A stretch of 64,000 nt of DNA. Origin: Felis catus (Eukaryota). Under the pieces are notes generated by a model. The model was not told the DNA's origin. It did no database searches and saw only the letters and a list, made by a program, of their open reading frames with translations. Numbering within the stretch: position 1 is the first letter of the stretch; the number at the start of each line of letters is the position of its first letter. A program made the translations under genes and the position numbers. The stretch is taken from positions 206,400,001 to 206,464,000 of the forward strand of contig NC_058368.1 of assembly GCF_018350175.1 (NCBI RefSeq). The letters run 5' to 3'. Shown in pieces: positions 11,288 through 24,672 of the stretch.

Positions 11288-12161
11288 AGTTTTTAACTTT
11301 TTTTTTTTAATTTTTTTTTCAACATTCATTTATTTTTGGGACAGAGAGAGACAGAGCATGAACAGGGGAGGGGCAGAGAGAGAGGGAGACACAGAATTGG
11401 AAACAGGCTCCAGGCTCTGAGCCATCAGCCCAGAGCCTGACGCGGGGCTCGAACTCACGGACCGCTAGATCATGACCTGGCTGAAGTCGGACGCTTAACC
11501 GACTGCGCCACCCAGGCGCCCCGTTTTTTTTTTTTTTTTTTATTTTAGAGAGAGAGAGCAGGGGAGGGGGCAGAGGGAGAGAGAATCATTTTTTTTTCTT
11601 TTAAGTTTACTTATTTATTTATTTTTGAGAGAGAAAGAAAGTCTGAGTGGGGGAGGAGCAGAGAGAGAGGGAGACTGAGAATCCCAAGCAGGCTTCCTGC
11701 TCACTGAAGAGCCCAACCAGGGGCTTGATCCCACGACCCTGGGATCATGACCAGAGCCAAAATCAAGAAAGAGTCAGATGCTCAACTGACTGAACCACTC
11801 AAGTGCCCCTAACTTTTTTTTATTTGAAGATTTTATTTTTGGGGTGCCTGAGTGGGTGAGTCAGTTGAGCATCCGACTCCATTTTGGCTCAGGGCATGCA
11901 TGATCTCATGGTTTCGTGGGTTTGAGCCCCGTGTCAGGCACTGTGCTGGCAGTGCGGAGCCTGCTTGGGATTCTCTCTCCTTTTCTCTCTGCCCGTCCCC
12001 TACTTGTGCTGTCTCTGTCTCTCTCAAAATAAATAAATAAACTTAAAAAAAATAATAAAGATTTTATTTTTAAGTAATCTCTATACCCAATGTGGGACTC
12101 GAACTCAGAACCATGAGATCAAGAGTTGCATGTTCTACAGACAGAGCCAGCCAGGCACCCC
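11288..12161. mobile_element. Nested CAN-SINE cluster: young SINEC_Fc (-, 11298-11522), orphan tail (-, 11524-11587), SINE (-, 11589-11809), SINE (+, 11841-12057), older host SINE (-, ends 12161)
   Basis: Four heads and five tails are visible. The inner plus copy has TSD aagattttattttt; outer TSD-like ttaaacttt at 11279-11287 and 12166-12174. Confidence 0.88.
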
Positions 12162-15100
12162 TAATTTAAACTTTGATAGCAGTTACTTATTACCTGAGTA
12201 TTCTACCTGTTGATTAAAATGTTTTTTTTTGTTTTTTTGCTTTTTTTTTTTACAGCCAAGCAAACCATAAAAAGAAAAAGTATTATTTAGTTTTGTCTTC
12301 CTTTTCCTGGCGTGCAGCTCATCTTTTGTTTCCCAAATTGAACACTTTAAAAAAATCCTCCCAAAAGAATAAAAATAAAATATATTTTCCTCTTGAGGAG
12401 GAAGACATATGCTACATACGATTTTCCCTGGACTCCCATAATTTTGGAGATCCTGTTTACAGACTGCTTTGGGTTCTTATAGGCGTGGTGCTAGAAATGC
12501 CCATTTTATGAAATGTCCATAAATCCTAGGTTGTCGAAGGAAGTCCAGGGGTCTCTCCTTTTGGCTTAGATGGCAGATGATTCAGCTTTTAACCCCAAAT
12601 CAAATGGTTTTGCTTTTGCCAAAGGCAAGTCCTAAGAATGATTTAAAAGTATATTTTAAACCGTAATTTGTATTTTTCAAAAATGTCCCTTTGCTATTTT
12701 TTTTAAGGATTAGTGTACTCTCCTAGGACTTTGACAAAAATGTGTTTTTGCATTGACTTTTTCCCCTGTGTTTTTCTAAGATGGGCTCTGTACAAGAGAG
12801 TTAGAGGCTTGCATCTACTGTTTTAGAGATTTCCCACAAACACCACTTTTGGAGAAAGGGGCCTGAGATCTGTAGCTTTATAAAAGCTGTGTTTATCCGA
12901 AATTCTTGTTTCAGGAATTTATCAGTTCTGCCCAAGTAACCCCTGCATTGCCGTGTGGAGCTTTGTGGGGCTTTGTTTATTTTTAGAAATCTGAGGGAAT
13001 CATTTCCCTTGCAGAGCCAGCATCAACTCTGTAATCCCTGAGCTAATGTGTTAATTGTAGTGGCATTTTAAACTTTGGGCAAATGCTAATATCTCATTTC
13101 CCCCTTCCATCCATAATAATGATAAAAGCTTTCCTATCATTCAAATTAAGCCTCATTATTGAGAACTTCCCTTTCCACACCCTGTCCCTGCTCTGCAACA
13201 ATGGGTCCCCACTACTCTTCTCCAGAATGGCAGACCTGTTGAGCTTTAAGTCCACAGACCCTTGGGTCTAGACAAACAGGATTCCAGACACCTTGTAAAA
13301 TTACTTAGGAAGCAAAGCCACGCACATCTCCCCTCTTTCTTTTTCTCCTCACCCTTTCCATTTCTGTATCAGCGATATCAATAACTAACATTTATTAAGT
13401 AGTTACCATGTACCAGGCAATGTGCATCATGCTTTGGGTGAATTTTTTTTTGCCGTTTTTTACAAATTAGGATATTGAGGCAGAGAGAAGTTGAGTAATT
13501 TTTTCAGGGTCACAGAGCTCGTAAGTGCTGTGACAGAGCATGCAAGTTACTGACCACAGAATTACAGAGTCTCCTTCCCCAGCACTGAGCAGGGGCCCAC
13601 TCCTAAACACCTCAGCCTATCCCTTAAAAAAGCAAAAGGAAACAAAAGGCCACTACATTTTAATAAAGGATACAGGCAAAACTTCTCTGAATAATAATGA
13701 TATGTTCAGTCTAGACACCCACCACCTATCCCTGTGCCCCTAGGAAGCAGGTGCAAAATAAGAAGTAGAAAATGCACAGTGTTTCTGATTTGAGTTTATA
13801 GCCACTTATTTTAACTTTCAATTTTATGTGGAGTAGGTAACAACTTCTGCAACTACCAAGGGGATCGTTAACAGTTTCTATGACATTTAAATGATCGAAT
13901 ACTTCCTTATGAAGCTCTGGCTTATTTTGTTCACAGACACACAGTGAAAATCAACTTTCCTGCTTAGGTTGAGCCTATAGGTGGAGAGTGCTGTCAAGAA
14001 CATGAAAAAGCATCAATCGAGTATAAACTGTGTGCTATAGTTTATAGCTTGGCTTATACTAAACCCTTTATATTTTATCTTTGATAAGTTTATGGTAATT
14101 CTTCAAGGGAGTTGGCATTATTGCACCTGCAGTTCTGTCAGGGTGTCAAGTCAGTTAGAAAAATCTGCATTCATTTGGCATATCTCTTTTAGGGGAAATG
14201 GTGTTGGGAATGGGCATAATCAAGAAAGTAAACATAAACTCAGGGATGGTGGTGGAAGGAGAAATACATCATCTACCCCTTTTTATTTTTCTATACTCAT
14301 TGCAAACATTGCTAATAACATCACTCTTTCCTTCAAGGGTCCACCACTGATTTACTAGCAATGGCACAAGAAATGAAACTCCTTTGTCATGCTTGATCTA
14401 ACCTATGATGTGTACGGAGTTGGTTTGAAGAGACCCTAATAGATGGTGCTTTTGTAAATTTGTGATGATATGTGTTTGTGGTCCTTTTTGCCTAGGAGGT
14501 TATGGAAGGGCTATGAAAATCTTTTATCAAGACTTTTTGCTTTGGAGGGCAAACTTTGTATGAAGAGAATGTGAAGTGGGTACAGCAGGAGAGAGATCAT
14601 CATCATTAAATACGTAACTAGAAAAATAAATCTCAGGATAGAGGGTCTTGCAAAGCAGCATATTCACCTATTAGATGCTTTAAGAATGTCTGGAATGTGT
14701 CTCATAGTATAATAAATGACTTTATGCAAAATACCCACATTTGCAAGTCAGGGAGCAGCAGGAGACAAATTGAAGAGTCAGGAACAGCTTGTTCTTGGGT
14801 CAAACCAGCATTTATATCTGAATGTTTTCAGCTCCAACTAGCTAAATCTTCCAATAACTCAAATAGAATTTTGGGACCCAAGTAAGGAGTAAATGATTGA
14901 AAAAAAGATGAATTGCGATCATTAAAACCTAACTTTACATTATTCAGTTGGTATTGTGATGTTTAAATGTACACAAAAATGAATATTTGAAAAATTAAAT
15001 CATTTAAAACCTATGCATAGAGGTTTGCTAAAATACTAGAGCCCTTTGGGGGGAATGTTTCCCTAAAGGATCAAACATTTATTAGTTATATCTATTTTAT

Positions 15101-15829
15101 CTTTTACTCTTGGTGTATTTTAACAATTCTCACTTGTATCAAGTAGAGTACATAGTTCTAATCGTATTTATACAAGTTGAACTCTTGTTTACCTCCTTTA
15201 CCAAATGGGTGAAATGCTATTTATTTCTTCATTATAAGTGTAGGACGGTGCACAATTAATTTTAGAACCAGAGAGAGGAGAAAACTCCATTTTTAGTCTC
15301 AGTTTCTACCTACCTTAAATTCCAGAGAATTGAGCTTATTCAAGCTGATTATGTTGCAGTGCATCAGTCTTAAGTATGGTCACTTATAAGAGCTGAATCA
15401 TCTTCCTGAATGTTTCCCTGACATCCGGTGTTTGGTGGGGAACCTCAGAAGAATACGGCTTTCTAGTTAATAAATATTTTTGAACAAGAGAACAAAACAC
15501 ATTCTATAGAATAAAAATTAACTCTGTAAGTTGATAACCCCTATAAGGTGTGGAGGAAGACTATATTGAACCTTTGGTTGTTGGGAAAAAATAAGTATTT
15601 ATTAAGGATAGAATATTCAAAATGGCCTGTGAATTGGTGCATGGTTAGATGAAGGAAGGCTTTTTTCTTAACATATCAGGGTTCTTCTGTATTAATGTAA
15701 TACTCACTTTCATCATACTGAAAAAGGGTATTATAGCATTTTCTTTGCTTTGAGTTTGGTTCTTAATTTTATTTGAAAATGCAGTAGAAAGAAATATTCA
15801 TATACTTCGGCTTTAAAGCATTAGTTTAA

Positions 15830-16150
15830 AACAAACAAAAAGCAGAATCAGACCTGTAAGTTCAGAGAACAAATTGATGGTTGCCATAGGGAAGGGCGGT
15901 GGGGGATGGTGCAAAATGGGCGCAGGGCAGCAGGAGATACAGGCTTCCTGTTATAGAATGGGTAAGTCACAGGAATAAAAGGCACAGCAGGGGGAATATA
16001 GTCAGTGATATTGTGATATTGTGATAGCATTATATGGTGACAGATGGTAGCTAAACTTGGGGTGAGCATAGCATAACGTATAGAGAAGTTGAATCACTAT
16101 GTTGTACACCTGAAACTAATGTAACATTGTCCACTATACTCAAATAACAC
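15830..16150 (+). mobile_element. L1 3' end fragment (carnivore-type 3'UTR)
   Basis: agagaacaaattgatggttgcc...gaatcactatgttgtacacctgaaactaatgtaacattgt, then AT-rich tail. Confidence 0.85.
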
Positions 16151-16399
16151 TATTTAAATATATTAAATATTAATAATCTTATTAATATTAAAATATTTAA
16201 AAATATTTTCCCCATGATACCACAAATACTCAAAGATAAGAATGCCTAAAGAAGATAAAAATTCTATTCTTTTTTACCACTATAAAAATATTCTGAATAT
16301 GCTAATAGAGATACAGTGTAAATTACTATTTATAATATCCATTTGTATAATTTATAGACTCAAAAAGAAAAATTAGCTTTTTGAAAATTAGTACAGCTT

Positions 16400-16670
16400 A
16401 GAAAATGTTTTCAATACTGATCCTGCCTGGAAGAAAGGCTTTCATGGTCAAATACGTTTTGGAGATGTTGTACTGTATTCCTGTTAGAAAGTCTCATTGC
16501 ATATTGCTATAAAAGGCCCTGAGATGTCTGACAATTTAAAAAACTCAAAACTGTCTTACTTTGTTTTAGTTAACATCTCCCAGGTTTATATGATCATGCA
16601 TCCTTTCATCAGTAACACCTATTAACATGATATAGATTAGAATTCCTTGCAACACATGCAGGGAATCTTT
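16400..16670. mobile_element. Ancient hAT-Charlie-type MER remnant (MER112-like)
   Basis: catggtcaaatacgttttggaga ... tctcccaggtttatatgatcatg internal inverted repeats around gcatattgctataaaaggccctgaga. Confidence 0.55.
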
Positions 16671-17799
16671 CCTAATATGGGAAAGGATAATTTATTATTT
16701 GGGGGAGTGGTTCAGAGACCGACATTGTAATTGCAGTAGATATGTATTTATTTTTATGTGTTAGGAAAAATGCGTATCTCATTCATGATTTTACGGCTAT
16801 TGTTGCTTGGACTGCATCTAAGTTAATGTATGTGAGAAATGAGTAGATTTAAAGAAAGTATAAAGTGAATGATAGTAGACATATAGATATGGCAAAATCG
16901 TGAAGGTAGAAGGTGAGTAATTGAGGATTGGGAAATATTAATAGGTTGCAGTAATTTGCATGTGTATATTCAAACTCATCATCAGGACATATAGGGAAGA
17001 GGGACAGTAGCTCTCTGGTTCTGGTTTTAAAATAATTTTATGACCTGGAAGAGAAGCCTGTTCTAGACCCCAGTTTCCTTATCTGTAAATAGGGATTGCT
17101 GGATTGGAGAACATCTGAGGCTGACTTAAGCTCAGCAACATTGATGTGAATGGAAGGTTACAGTGACCATCTGATCTGCTAACTCCCCTCAGGCACTCAG
17201 GCAAAGCTCCTTTATTGTTGCATAGCTGGAGAATTGTAATCCTGTAGCTATCTCTACCGGGAAAACCGTGGCCAAATGTTGCACTGACTGCACCTTACTG
17301 AAGGTTTACTTGGGCTGTCAGGTTTGCTTTGGTTCCTGGGTGTCGGTGAAGCAGAACGCTTCTTTCGTTGACATGCCATTATTTGGGATCTTTTTGCGCC
17401 CTTTTCTCAAAATAGCTGAGCCAGGTTCTTGGATTTGAGCTCTTTGTGTGAATGGGGCACCCTGCAGTTCTAGCTCCAGGGAATTCTCTGGCCTGTGGAT
17501 GAGACTATCTGGAGGGCAAGGTTTACTCTCTTTGGTTTTACACCCACCCCACCTCCCCTCTCTGCAGTTTTTTGTTATTTTGGAGAATTGTCATCCATAT
17601 AATGTAGTATTTAGACTTCCAGTCTGGTCTTGTCTTAAATTTTCAAAAATAATGACTTTCTTTAGATAGATTTATCCCTAGGGCTTTTTAGTTTTCTGTT
17701 TTGATTTTTGTGTTTTTAATGATTCTTGATTTATGAATACGATCCTGCAATCTATTACATTTCTAATGGCTTACGGTTAAGTAACTGTAATATAATGGT

Positions 17800-18005
17800 T
17801 ATGTACACAAACTCTATCAGGCTCTGTCACTTACTAACTGACTTTACACAAGTTTCTTACTTGTCTCTTCCTTTGGGTGTTTTTAATCTTTAAAATAAGG
17901 ATAATACTACTAATCTCCCTCAGAATTAAATAGTAAATACATTAAAAAACACTCAGTACAGTGCCTGGTAAATAGCCCTCAAAAACTGTTAGTTATTATT
18001 ATTAC
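17800..18005 (+). mobile_element. MIR remnant
   Basis: ggctctgtcacttactaactg...taaaataaggataatact...cagtgcctgg. Confidence 0.6.
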
Positions 18006-19389
18006 AGCCAGTGTCTAGGACAATTTTTTGGTAAGATTCCTGAACTGTCACTCATTGGTACACTGTCAGTTGATTTTCTTGAAAGTTCTAGGCACGTAAT
18101 TATATCACATGAAAAGAATATCAGCTTAAGTATGTTTTTCCTGATTTGTTTTTCTAGAGGAACTCTTTACTGGGATTCTTCAGCACAACATCAAATAGTA
18201 GTGGAGATGATTTCTGTCTTGTAGTGACGATTCCAACTTTCTTTCACATTATCTACTATAATTTATAATCAATTTTATATCCTTTTTTAACTCATCATTA
18301 TGACATGAGCATTTTTCATGTTAATAAATTTTAGCAAACATTATTTGTCCTAGAGTATATAAAACTGTATATTATAAAATGTAACATAGACACACGTATT
18401 AGTATATAAAATATAGGTATAGTTTAAATAATGATAATAATAGGAATATCTGTGTATACACCAAACTTCAATAGAATATGAGGAGGCAGTTGGGAGCTCT
18501 TAGTGCCTTTCCCCACTTGTATCAGGAATTTTTAGCCATCATTTCCTTTTTATTTTTACTACCAGTGAATAAATATTGCCATAGAGATGTATTATGATTT
18601 ACTTAGTAGTTCCCCTATTGTGATTATTTATACTGGTTTATATTTTGGATGTTGAGACTAGAGCTTTCCCATATTGATGATGCTTTCCATGGGATAGATT
18701 CTGAGGAGTGGAATTACTAGGCCAACGGGTGTACGATTGTTTTAAAAGCTTTGGTCAAATATTGATTATCAAATTGCTTTTCAGAAGGTTTGCATGTATT
18801 TATATTCCCCCAAAATAATGCATACAAGAATGACAATTTCAGGTCAACAGTCATCAAAACTGAGGGTTAGTAATGCAAAAGGCAAGACATATCACGCTTT
18901 TATAGAACTCCTAGTTAGGTTGGATTTTTTAAAAGATCAATTAAAATTTTTTGAGCAGTACTCTGTATACAGAAATGTTGATATACTACAAGTGTTTAGT
19001 TTGATGAATTTTTACAAAGAGAACACAACTTTGTAACAAACACCAAGATGAAGAAACACATCTCACCCAGCTATAGTTGTGTTCACCTTCCAGTGTAAAG
19101 ACCATTTTGTGTGCTAAAACCTTTGAAGAAAAAAAATTGACTTTGCTTTGCCCAATTTAGTTTTGACAGCCAGCAGCAAGTTTTGAATTATATTCTCCTC
19201 ACATAGTAAAATAGGATTTATAATTGAGTATAATTAATATATTATAAATAATATAATTCTGATCTCTTTTGAAATGGTTTGATGTCATTTGACTATCAAA
19301 CCAGATAACTTTGCAACTACTCAAGAGTTTTTATGTAAGCCATGATAGTGTATCCTATAATGCAGGTACTTTAATTATAGTGTATATAA

Positions 19390-19540
19390 ATAGGGGTTAT
19401 CTCCATGCTTATTTAAGACTCAGATTCAAGGGACCAGCTAAGACTCACTGAATCAGCATTTGCGTTTTCATGTGCATGTGGGTGATGCTGATGTTTGCAA
19501 AGGGCCCCTGGACCACACTTGAGTAATGTTGCTCTAGGGG
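19390..19540. mobile_element. MER5A-like DNA transposon remnant
   Basis: actgaatcag...ggtgatgctgatg...ggaccacacttgagtaa. Confidence 0.6.
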
Positions 19541-20439
19541 ATAAATGTCTCTTCTGAAGAAAGACATTCTGCAAATGTTGGTAATTGAAGCAGTTACCTA
19601 AGACAACCCTTCCACATTTCGTGATCAGTTTTTAAAACATGTAATAAAATATTTTTCATCCGTCAGTCCTTTCCAGACTTTCCTACTATAGACCTAGACA
19701 CATGGTGTTTAACATAGGGGTGGTACAGTTTGTGTAACCAGAACAGGAAACATCCAGCTCAGAACACACCCCTTGATTGCAAAATCTTTGGAACTGACCT
19801 GGTAGAATGGATCTAGCTTTTCAAAGGATCACCCTTAGCTTATTTATCTTGGCAATCTTATGGGTATATTATCTGTATTATGTAGTAGCCAGGTGAAACA
19901 CTGTAACTTAAGGTTTTACCTGACTGTATAAGTAGCAATAAAATGGAAACAAACAAACAACTGACTCGCTCACTCCCGAAGGTGTTCTATTTAACCTAAG
20001 TTCACCTGTTTGGTGTTGCAGGTTTGCAAGTGGATCATTTTATAAATGGTTGATACTTCAAATTTTTAGCCAAAAGAGAAGTTTAGAAAACTGTCCCTTT
20101 GTTTCTTCTCTTTAGACATTGAAGAACACTAAAGTTCATATGTTTTTGGAGAGTCGTTTAGAAAAAGCAGACTGCTTACCAAGTAGTGAGATATTTGGCA
20201 ATAACTCGTAGAAAAATTTTTGTGGAGTTTGGTTTTGCTTTCAATTATCTGAATTAGAGGTTTTGCTTGTCCTGCTGGACTTGATGGATTAAAGTCATAT
20301 TGACCCTGATCCTTCGATATTGCTTGACCCCTCCTAGTTCTCTCCACCCGCACCACCACCCTGGGCTGATGATGCACTTGCTTCTCCCTGCTGGTCTAGA
20401 GCCATGGGCTCCTGTTTCCCCTCGTTTTCTTGACCCCTT

Positions 20440-20985
20440 CTAATTAGTTCTCCACATTACTATCAGAACGGTCTTTTTAATAAAATAAATTGGATCATGT
20501 CATTCTTCCACCTCCTCCAGAGGCTTTCCTTGGGTGCAAAGTCCTCATCATGGTCCACAAATTCCTGCACCGTCTGTCTCTGGGCTCCCTTTTCCGACCT
20601 CAGCTCAATCCTGTCTCTCTCTTGCCCATTACACTTAAGATGTTCTTTAACCCGTGCAAGCCCTTTCTTAACTCAGAGCCTTCATGCAGGCTGTTCCCTC
20701 TATCTGTAAGTCTCTTGCTACCTGGCTAACTCTTGCCCCTCTTTTCCATCCGTGTTTAAATGCCACATCCTTAGAGAGACCCTCCAAGTCTACATTATGT
20801 CTCTGCAGTGTTTCTCCTCCCTGTGTATTTCTTTTCTCTTGGTACTTATCACAATTTATAAATGCATGTGTTTATTGGTATCTGTTTTCCTCACTCGTGT
20901 GTTTTGAGAGAAGAGTTTTAGGCTACGTTGTTCATCATCATATCCCCAGTCCCTAGCATACCACCTGGTCCTGAATAAATACAAG
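20440..20985 (+). mobile_element. L2 3' region remnant
   Basis: gatcatgtcattc...ctgttccctct...aaatgccacatccttagagagaccctcc...tatccccagtccctagcata...aataaata. Confidence 0.7.
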
Positions 20986-21002
20986 ATCTGTAATTACCCA
21001 GT

Positions 21003-22265
21003 ATGTGAGTTACCTACTGCTGTGTAGCAAATGAAGGCACAAGTTTAGACATTTACTTAAAATATTTACTCAAAACAACAAAGAGTTCTCATGTCATAGT
21101 TTCAGTAAGCCAGGAATTTTTTAAAAAAATTAACTAATTTTTCTATTTTCTGTGGGTTATTAGGGCTGTTGGCAGAAGGCCTCTGTTACATGCCTCATGG
21201 TGACTCTATAGGGCTGTTGGAGTGTTCTCACATATGACAGTTGGCTTCTCCTAAAGGGATGATCCAAAAGGCAAAGAGAACTTTGGCTGTCACGTATTGT
21301 CACTTTTGCTATATTCTCTTTGTTAAAAGGAAGTCACCAAATACAGGTCACATTTAAAGGGAGAGGAAGTTGGCTCCATTTTTTTTTTTAATGTTTATTT
21401 ATTTTGAGTGATAGAGAAAGAGACAGAGGGAGAGAGTGCAAACAGGGGAGGAGCCGAGAGAGAGGGAGGGAGAGAGAATCCCAAGCAGACTCCAAGCTGC
21501 CAGTGCAGAGCCTGATGTATGGCTTGAACCCAGGAACTGTGAGATAATCACCTAAGGCAAAATCAAGAGTCAGGCGCTCAATGGACTGAGCCACCCAGGT
21601 GTCCCACTCCATCATTTGAAGGGAGGGGTATCAGAGAATTTGTGGGCATATTTGGAAACCACCACAGTTCTTCCTCTAGCCATAAATTACTTATATTGCC
21701 TCCACATGAAAAATATCCAAACCCCTCCTGCCATCCCCCCCCCCCCCAAATTGTATTCATTTAAATTATGAGCTTGGAATGTGGGATGTTAGCTTCAAAA
21801 TCAGGTCCAAGTATGGAGAGACAAGTTCACGGGCGTAGTCCCTTACATATAGCTCCTTTAATACCATTCCTCTTGATTTTAAGACCAGTGAACTGAAGAG
21901 ACAAGTTATCTACTCCACCCCAGCCAGCCTACAATGGTGGGATGGGCCTAGCAGAACCACTGTAAACAGTTCTGTCAGAAAGAGGGTGAACTGAATGTGC
22001 ACAGTAGTGCTTGGTCCCTGCAGTTCTGATTTCTCGCTGGGCACATGTTAACAGTTCTTAATTAGGAATCAAGTCTTGGAAATAATGCTCCTTGGCTCTT
22101 TGCTCTTATTTTCAAGCTCTCAGCCATTTTTTTTTTTTTTTTTTCCCATGAGAGGTATGTGTTTGCAGCTCAGTAGTCAATGTGTAGCTTACTTCCTGCT
22201 TGTAGAAGTTTGGTATAAAGTCCTCTTTTCACTTTGTATTATCTCTGTCCTTTTCAGTCCGAGCT
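21003..22265. mobile_element. MaLR (MLT1-type) LTR remnant interrupted by a CAN-SINE (-, 21378-21605)
   Basis: tgtgagttacctactgctgtgtagcaaat...gggcatatttggaaaccaccaca; SINE flanked by ctccat repeats. Right boundary uncertain. Confidence 0.65.
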
Positions 22266-22705
22266 GTTGATATCTATATCAATGTGTTATATGTAAAAAG
22301 TATAAGTATTTACAAGACACAGAAATTATATGGAAGAAGAGATTAATTCTCCTGTGGGCAGGGAGGGACTGGGAAGGCTCTAAGACAGACAGCAGCATTT
22401 TCAAGACTGAGTAGAAATCCATTAGGAAGACCACACAGACAAGAACAATCTAAATATAGGGAAGAACATGTACAGAAGTACCACTGGACTGAAACTGTAA
22501 CATGTATACAGGGACTATGTATAGCTTGCTATTGAGAGAACATACGGCTTGCCAAGACATTTGGATTTTATTCTGTAACTCAATATTTCTCAAAATGTGG
22601 TCTACCAACGTCTCACATCCAAATCATTTGGGGACTTTCCTGAACCCCACTCTAGACTTACTGAAGACATATTCTGGACCCTCTGGAGGAGGAACTCAAG
22701 TTGAG

Positions 22706-22930
22706 TTTTTTCTTCACGTTTTTTTTTATTTTTATTTTTATTTTTGGGACAGAGAGAGACAGAGCATGAACGGGGGAGGGGCAGAGAGAGAGGGAGACAC
22801 AGAATCGGAAACAGGCTCCAGGCTCTGAGCCATCAGCCCAGAGCCTGACGCGGGGCTCGAACTCACGGACCGCGAGATCGTGACCTGGCTGAAGTCGGAC
22901 GCTTAACCGACTGCGCCACCCAGGAGCCCC
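22706..22930 (-). mobile_element. Young SINEC_Fc inserted in a MER5A-like remnant (~22585-22980)
   Basis: CpG-rich near-consensus copy; TSD tcaagttgagtttt at 22696-22709 and 22931-22944. Confidence 0.95.
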
Positions 22931-23499
22931 TCAAGTTGAGTTTTAAGGTTAGCTGCTCTAAGGGAGTTAGAAGGTTCTCAGTAGGTTCTCAGCCTGATTT
23001 ACATTTTTGATAAATTACTTGGGGAGCTGTGCAGAGGGTGGTAAGATGGTGAGAAAGGGAGATCAGTATGCAAGCTTTTGCGATGGTCCAGGTAAGAGAA
23101 ATGGAAGGCCTGTGGAGATGTAAAAAGGAGAATACAAGAGTTGTAACAATAATGAAGATCACACAAATAGGAGAGATTGATACAGTGAGGTTTTTATTTA
23201 TACACATATAGACATATTGAAATTTACAGTGCATACATGTGTAAAGTTTTATGGGAACACAGGAGGCAGAAAATAACACTAGTATTCAGAGAAATGAGGT
23301 GGAGAAGAGTGGGAGTGATATTTGAACTGGGGACTTGAAGTATGAATAGGAGTTCATAAAACAAACGAACTTACATGTAGCGAAGATGCATAAGGCAAAA
23401 TGAGGATCTGATATGCTTTGAAATAATAAGAGGTTGGGTTGGATTTGAATGTAGTTGCTTGAGGGAGAGGTGGGATATGAAGCAGAAAAGAGAAGTTAA

Positions 23500-23870
23500 G
23501 GTCACACCAGAGTGGCTTGCTGATCCCAAGGCTATTTCCTCCTCTTCCTGAGCACGCATATTTCCCAGTCTTTCTTGCAGTTAGCTGAGGCCATGTGATA
23601 GAGTCCTCACGGTTGCAATGTGTGTGGAAGTGATTTGCGTCGTTCTAGACTTCTTTGCACCCTTAAAAGTCTCCCACAAGCTAGTCTCCATCTCACTGTA
23701 AACATTTGTGGCAACTTTAGAAGTCACTTATAGAAGATGGTAAAGCCGTAAGACGGACAATGCCTAGGTTCTTGAATCACCTTTTGGAACATAGGTGCCT
23801 GCAGATAAGGAACACCCTTTTTGGATTCAGTATAAGGAAGAAACTGACTCCCTGGGTTTGAGCCATGGCA
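23500..23870. mobile_element. MLT1-type LTR remnant within L2-derived sequence
   Basis: atttcccagtctttcttgcagttagctgaggccatgtga...gaagatggtaaagcc...aagaaact...tgagcca. Confidence 0.65.
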
Positions 23871-24625
23871 TATGCTTGCCATGCAAAGGAATTGGGACAT
23901 CGCCTCATAGGTGAAGAGTCATTTCCAATAGGGAGTGATGTGATTTGGCTTGTTTTTAGGGGAAAATCACTTTCAATACATAGTAAAAAAAAGCCCTGGG
24001 GTAACGTCTTCCACAAACGTTCAAAGGCTGTCTAGTGAATGGGGAATGAGATTTTCTAGGGCTAAGGTGCAAACCAAATACTGAATGCTTGCCTAAGTGA
24101 AAGCTATAGGGGAAAGGAGTGCATCTCTACTAGAAAGAAGTTGCTAGCAGTCAGAGCTGCTTGTACAGAGGTTTCCTCAGTAAGCTTCCTCTCCCTGAAG
24201 AGATAGCCAGAGTGAGGCTGGAAGACTTTTGCTCGCTCAAGTCTTTGGTGGGGGCCTGAAATAGGACACTTGTAGGATGTTTTCTATTTGGGATACCATG
24301 ACCCAAAGTGATTATTTCAGTCTAAATTAACAGACATATGCATATATGGCCCATACAAGCCATGTGATTAATCTCTTCTTCATTTATGCCATTACACATA
24401 TGTTTGTATTATCTAAGCACTGACTTTGAATTCTCTTGTTTCATTTTATGTGTAAAGCCACAGTCACCCTTTCTATATATATATAAGTTTGAACCTGCAA
24501 GCACAGTTTAGCAGCTATGAAATTTGCGCTAACTCCTCATGTGTTTATTAATATTACTTTCTATTTCCTCAGTGTCATTTCTGAACTATCATTTGATTGT
24601 GAGAATGAACGGATGCTGGATGCTT

Positions 24626-24627
<2 letters not shown>

Positions 24628-24669
<42 letters not shown>
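24628..24669 (+). repeat. (CA)n microsatellite
   Basis: Directly visible, about 21 units. Confidence 0.97.
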
Positions 24670-24672
<3 letters not shown>

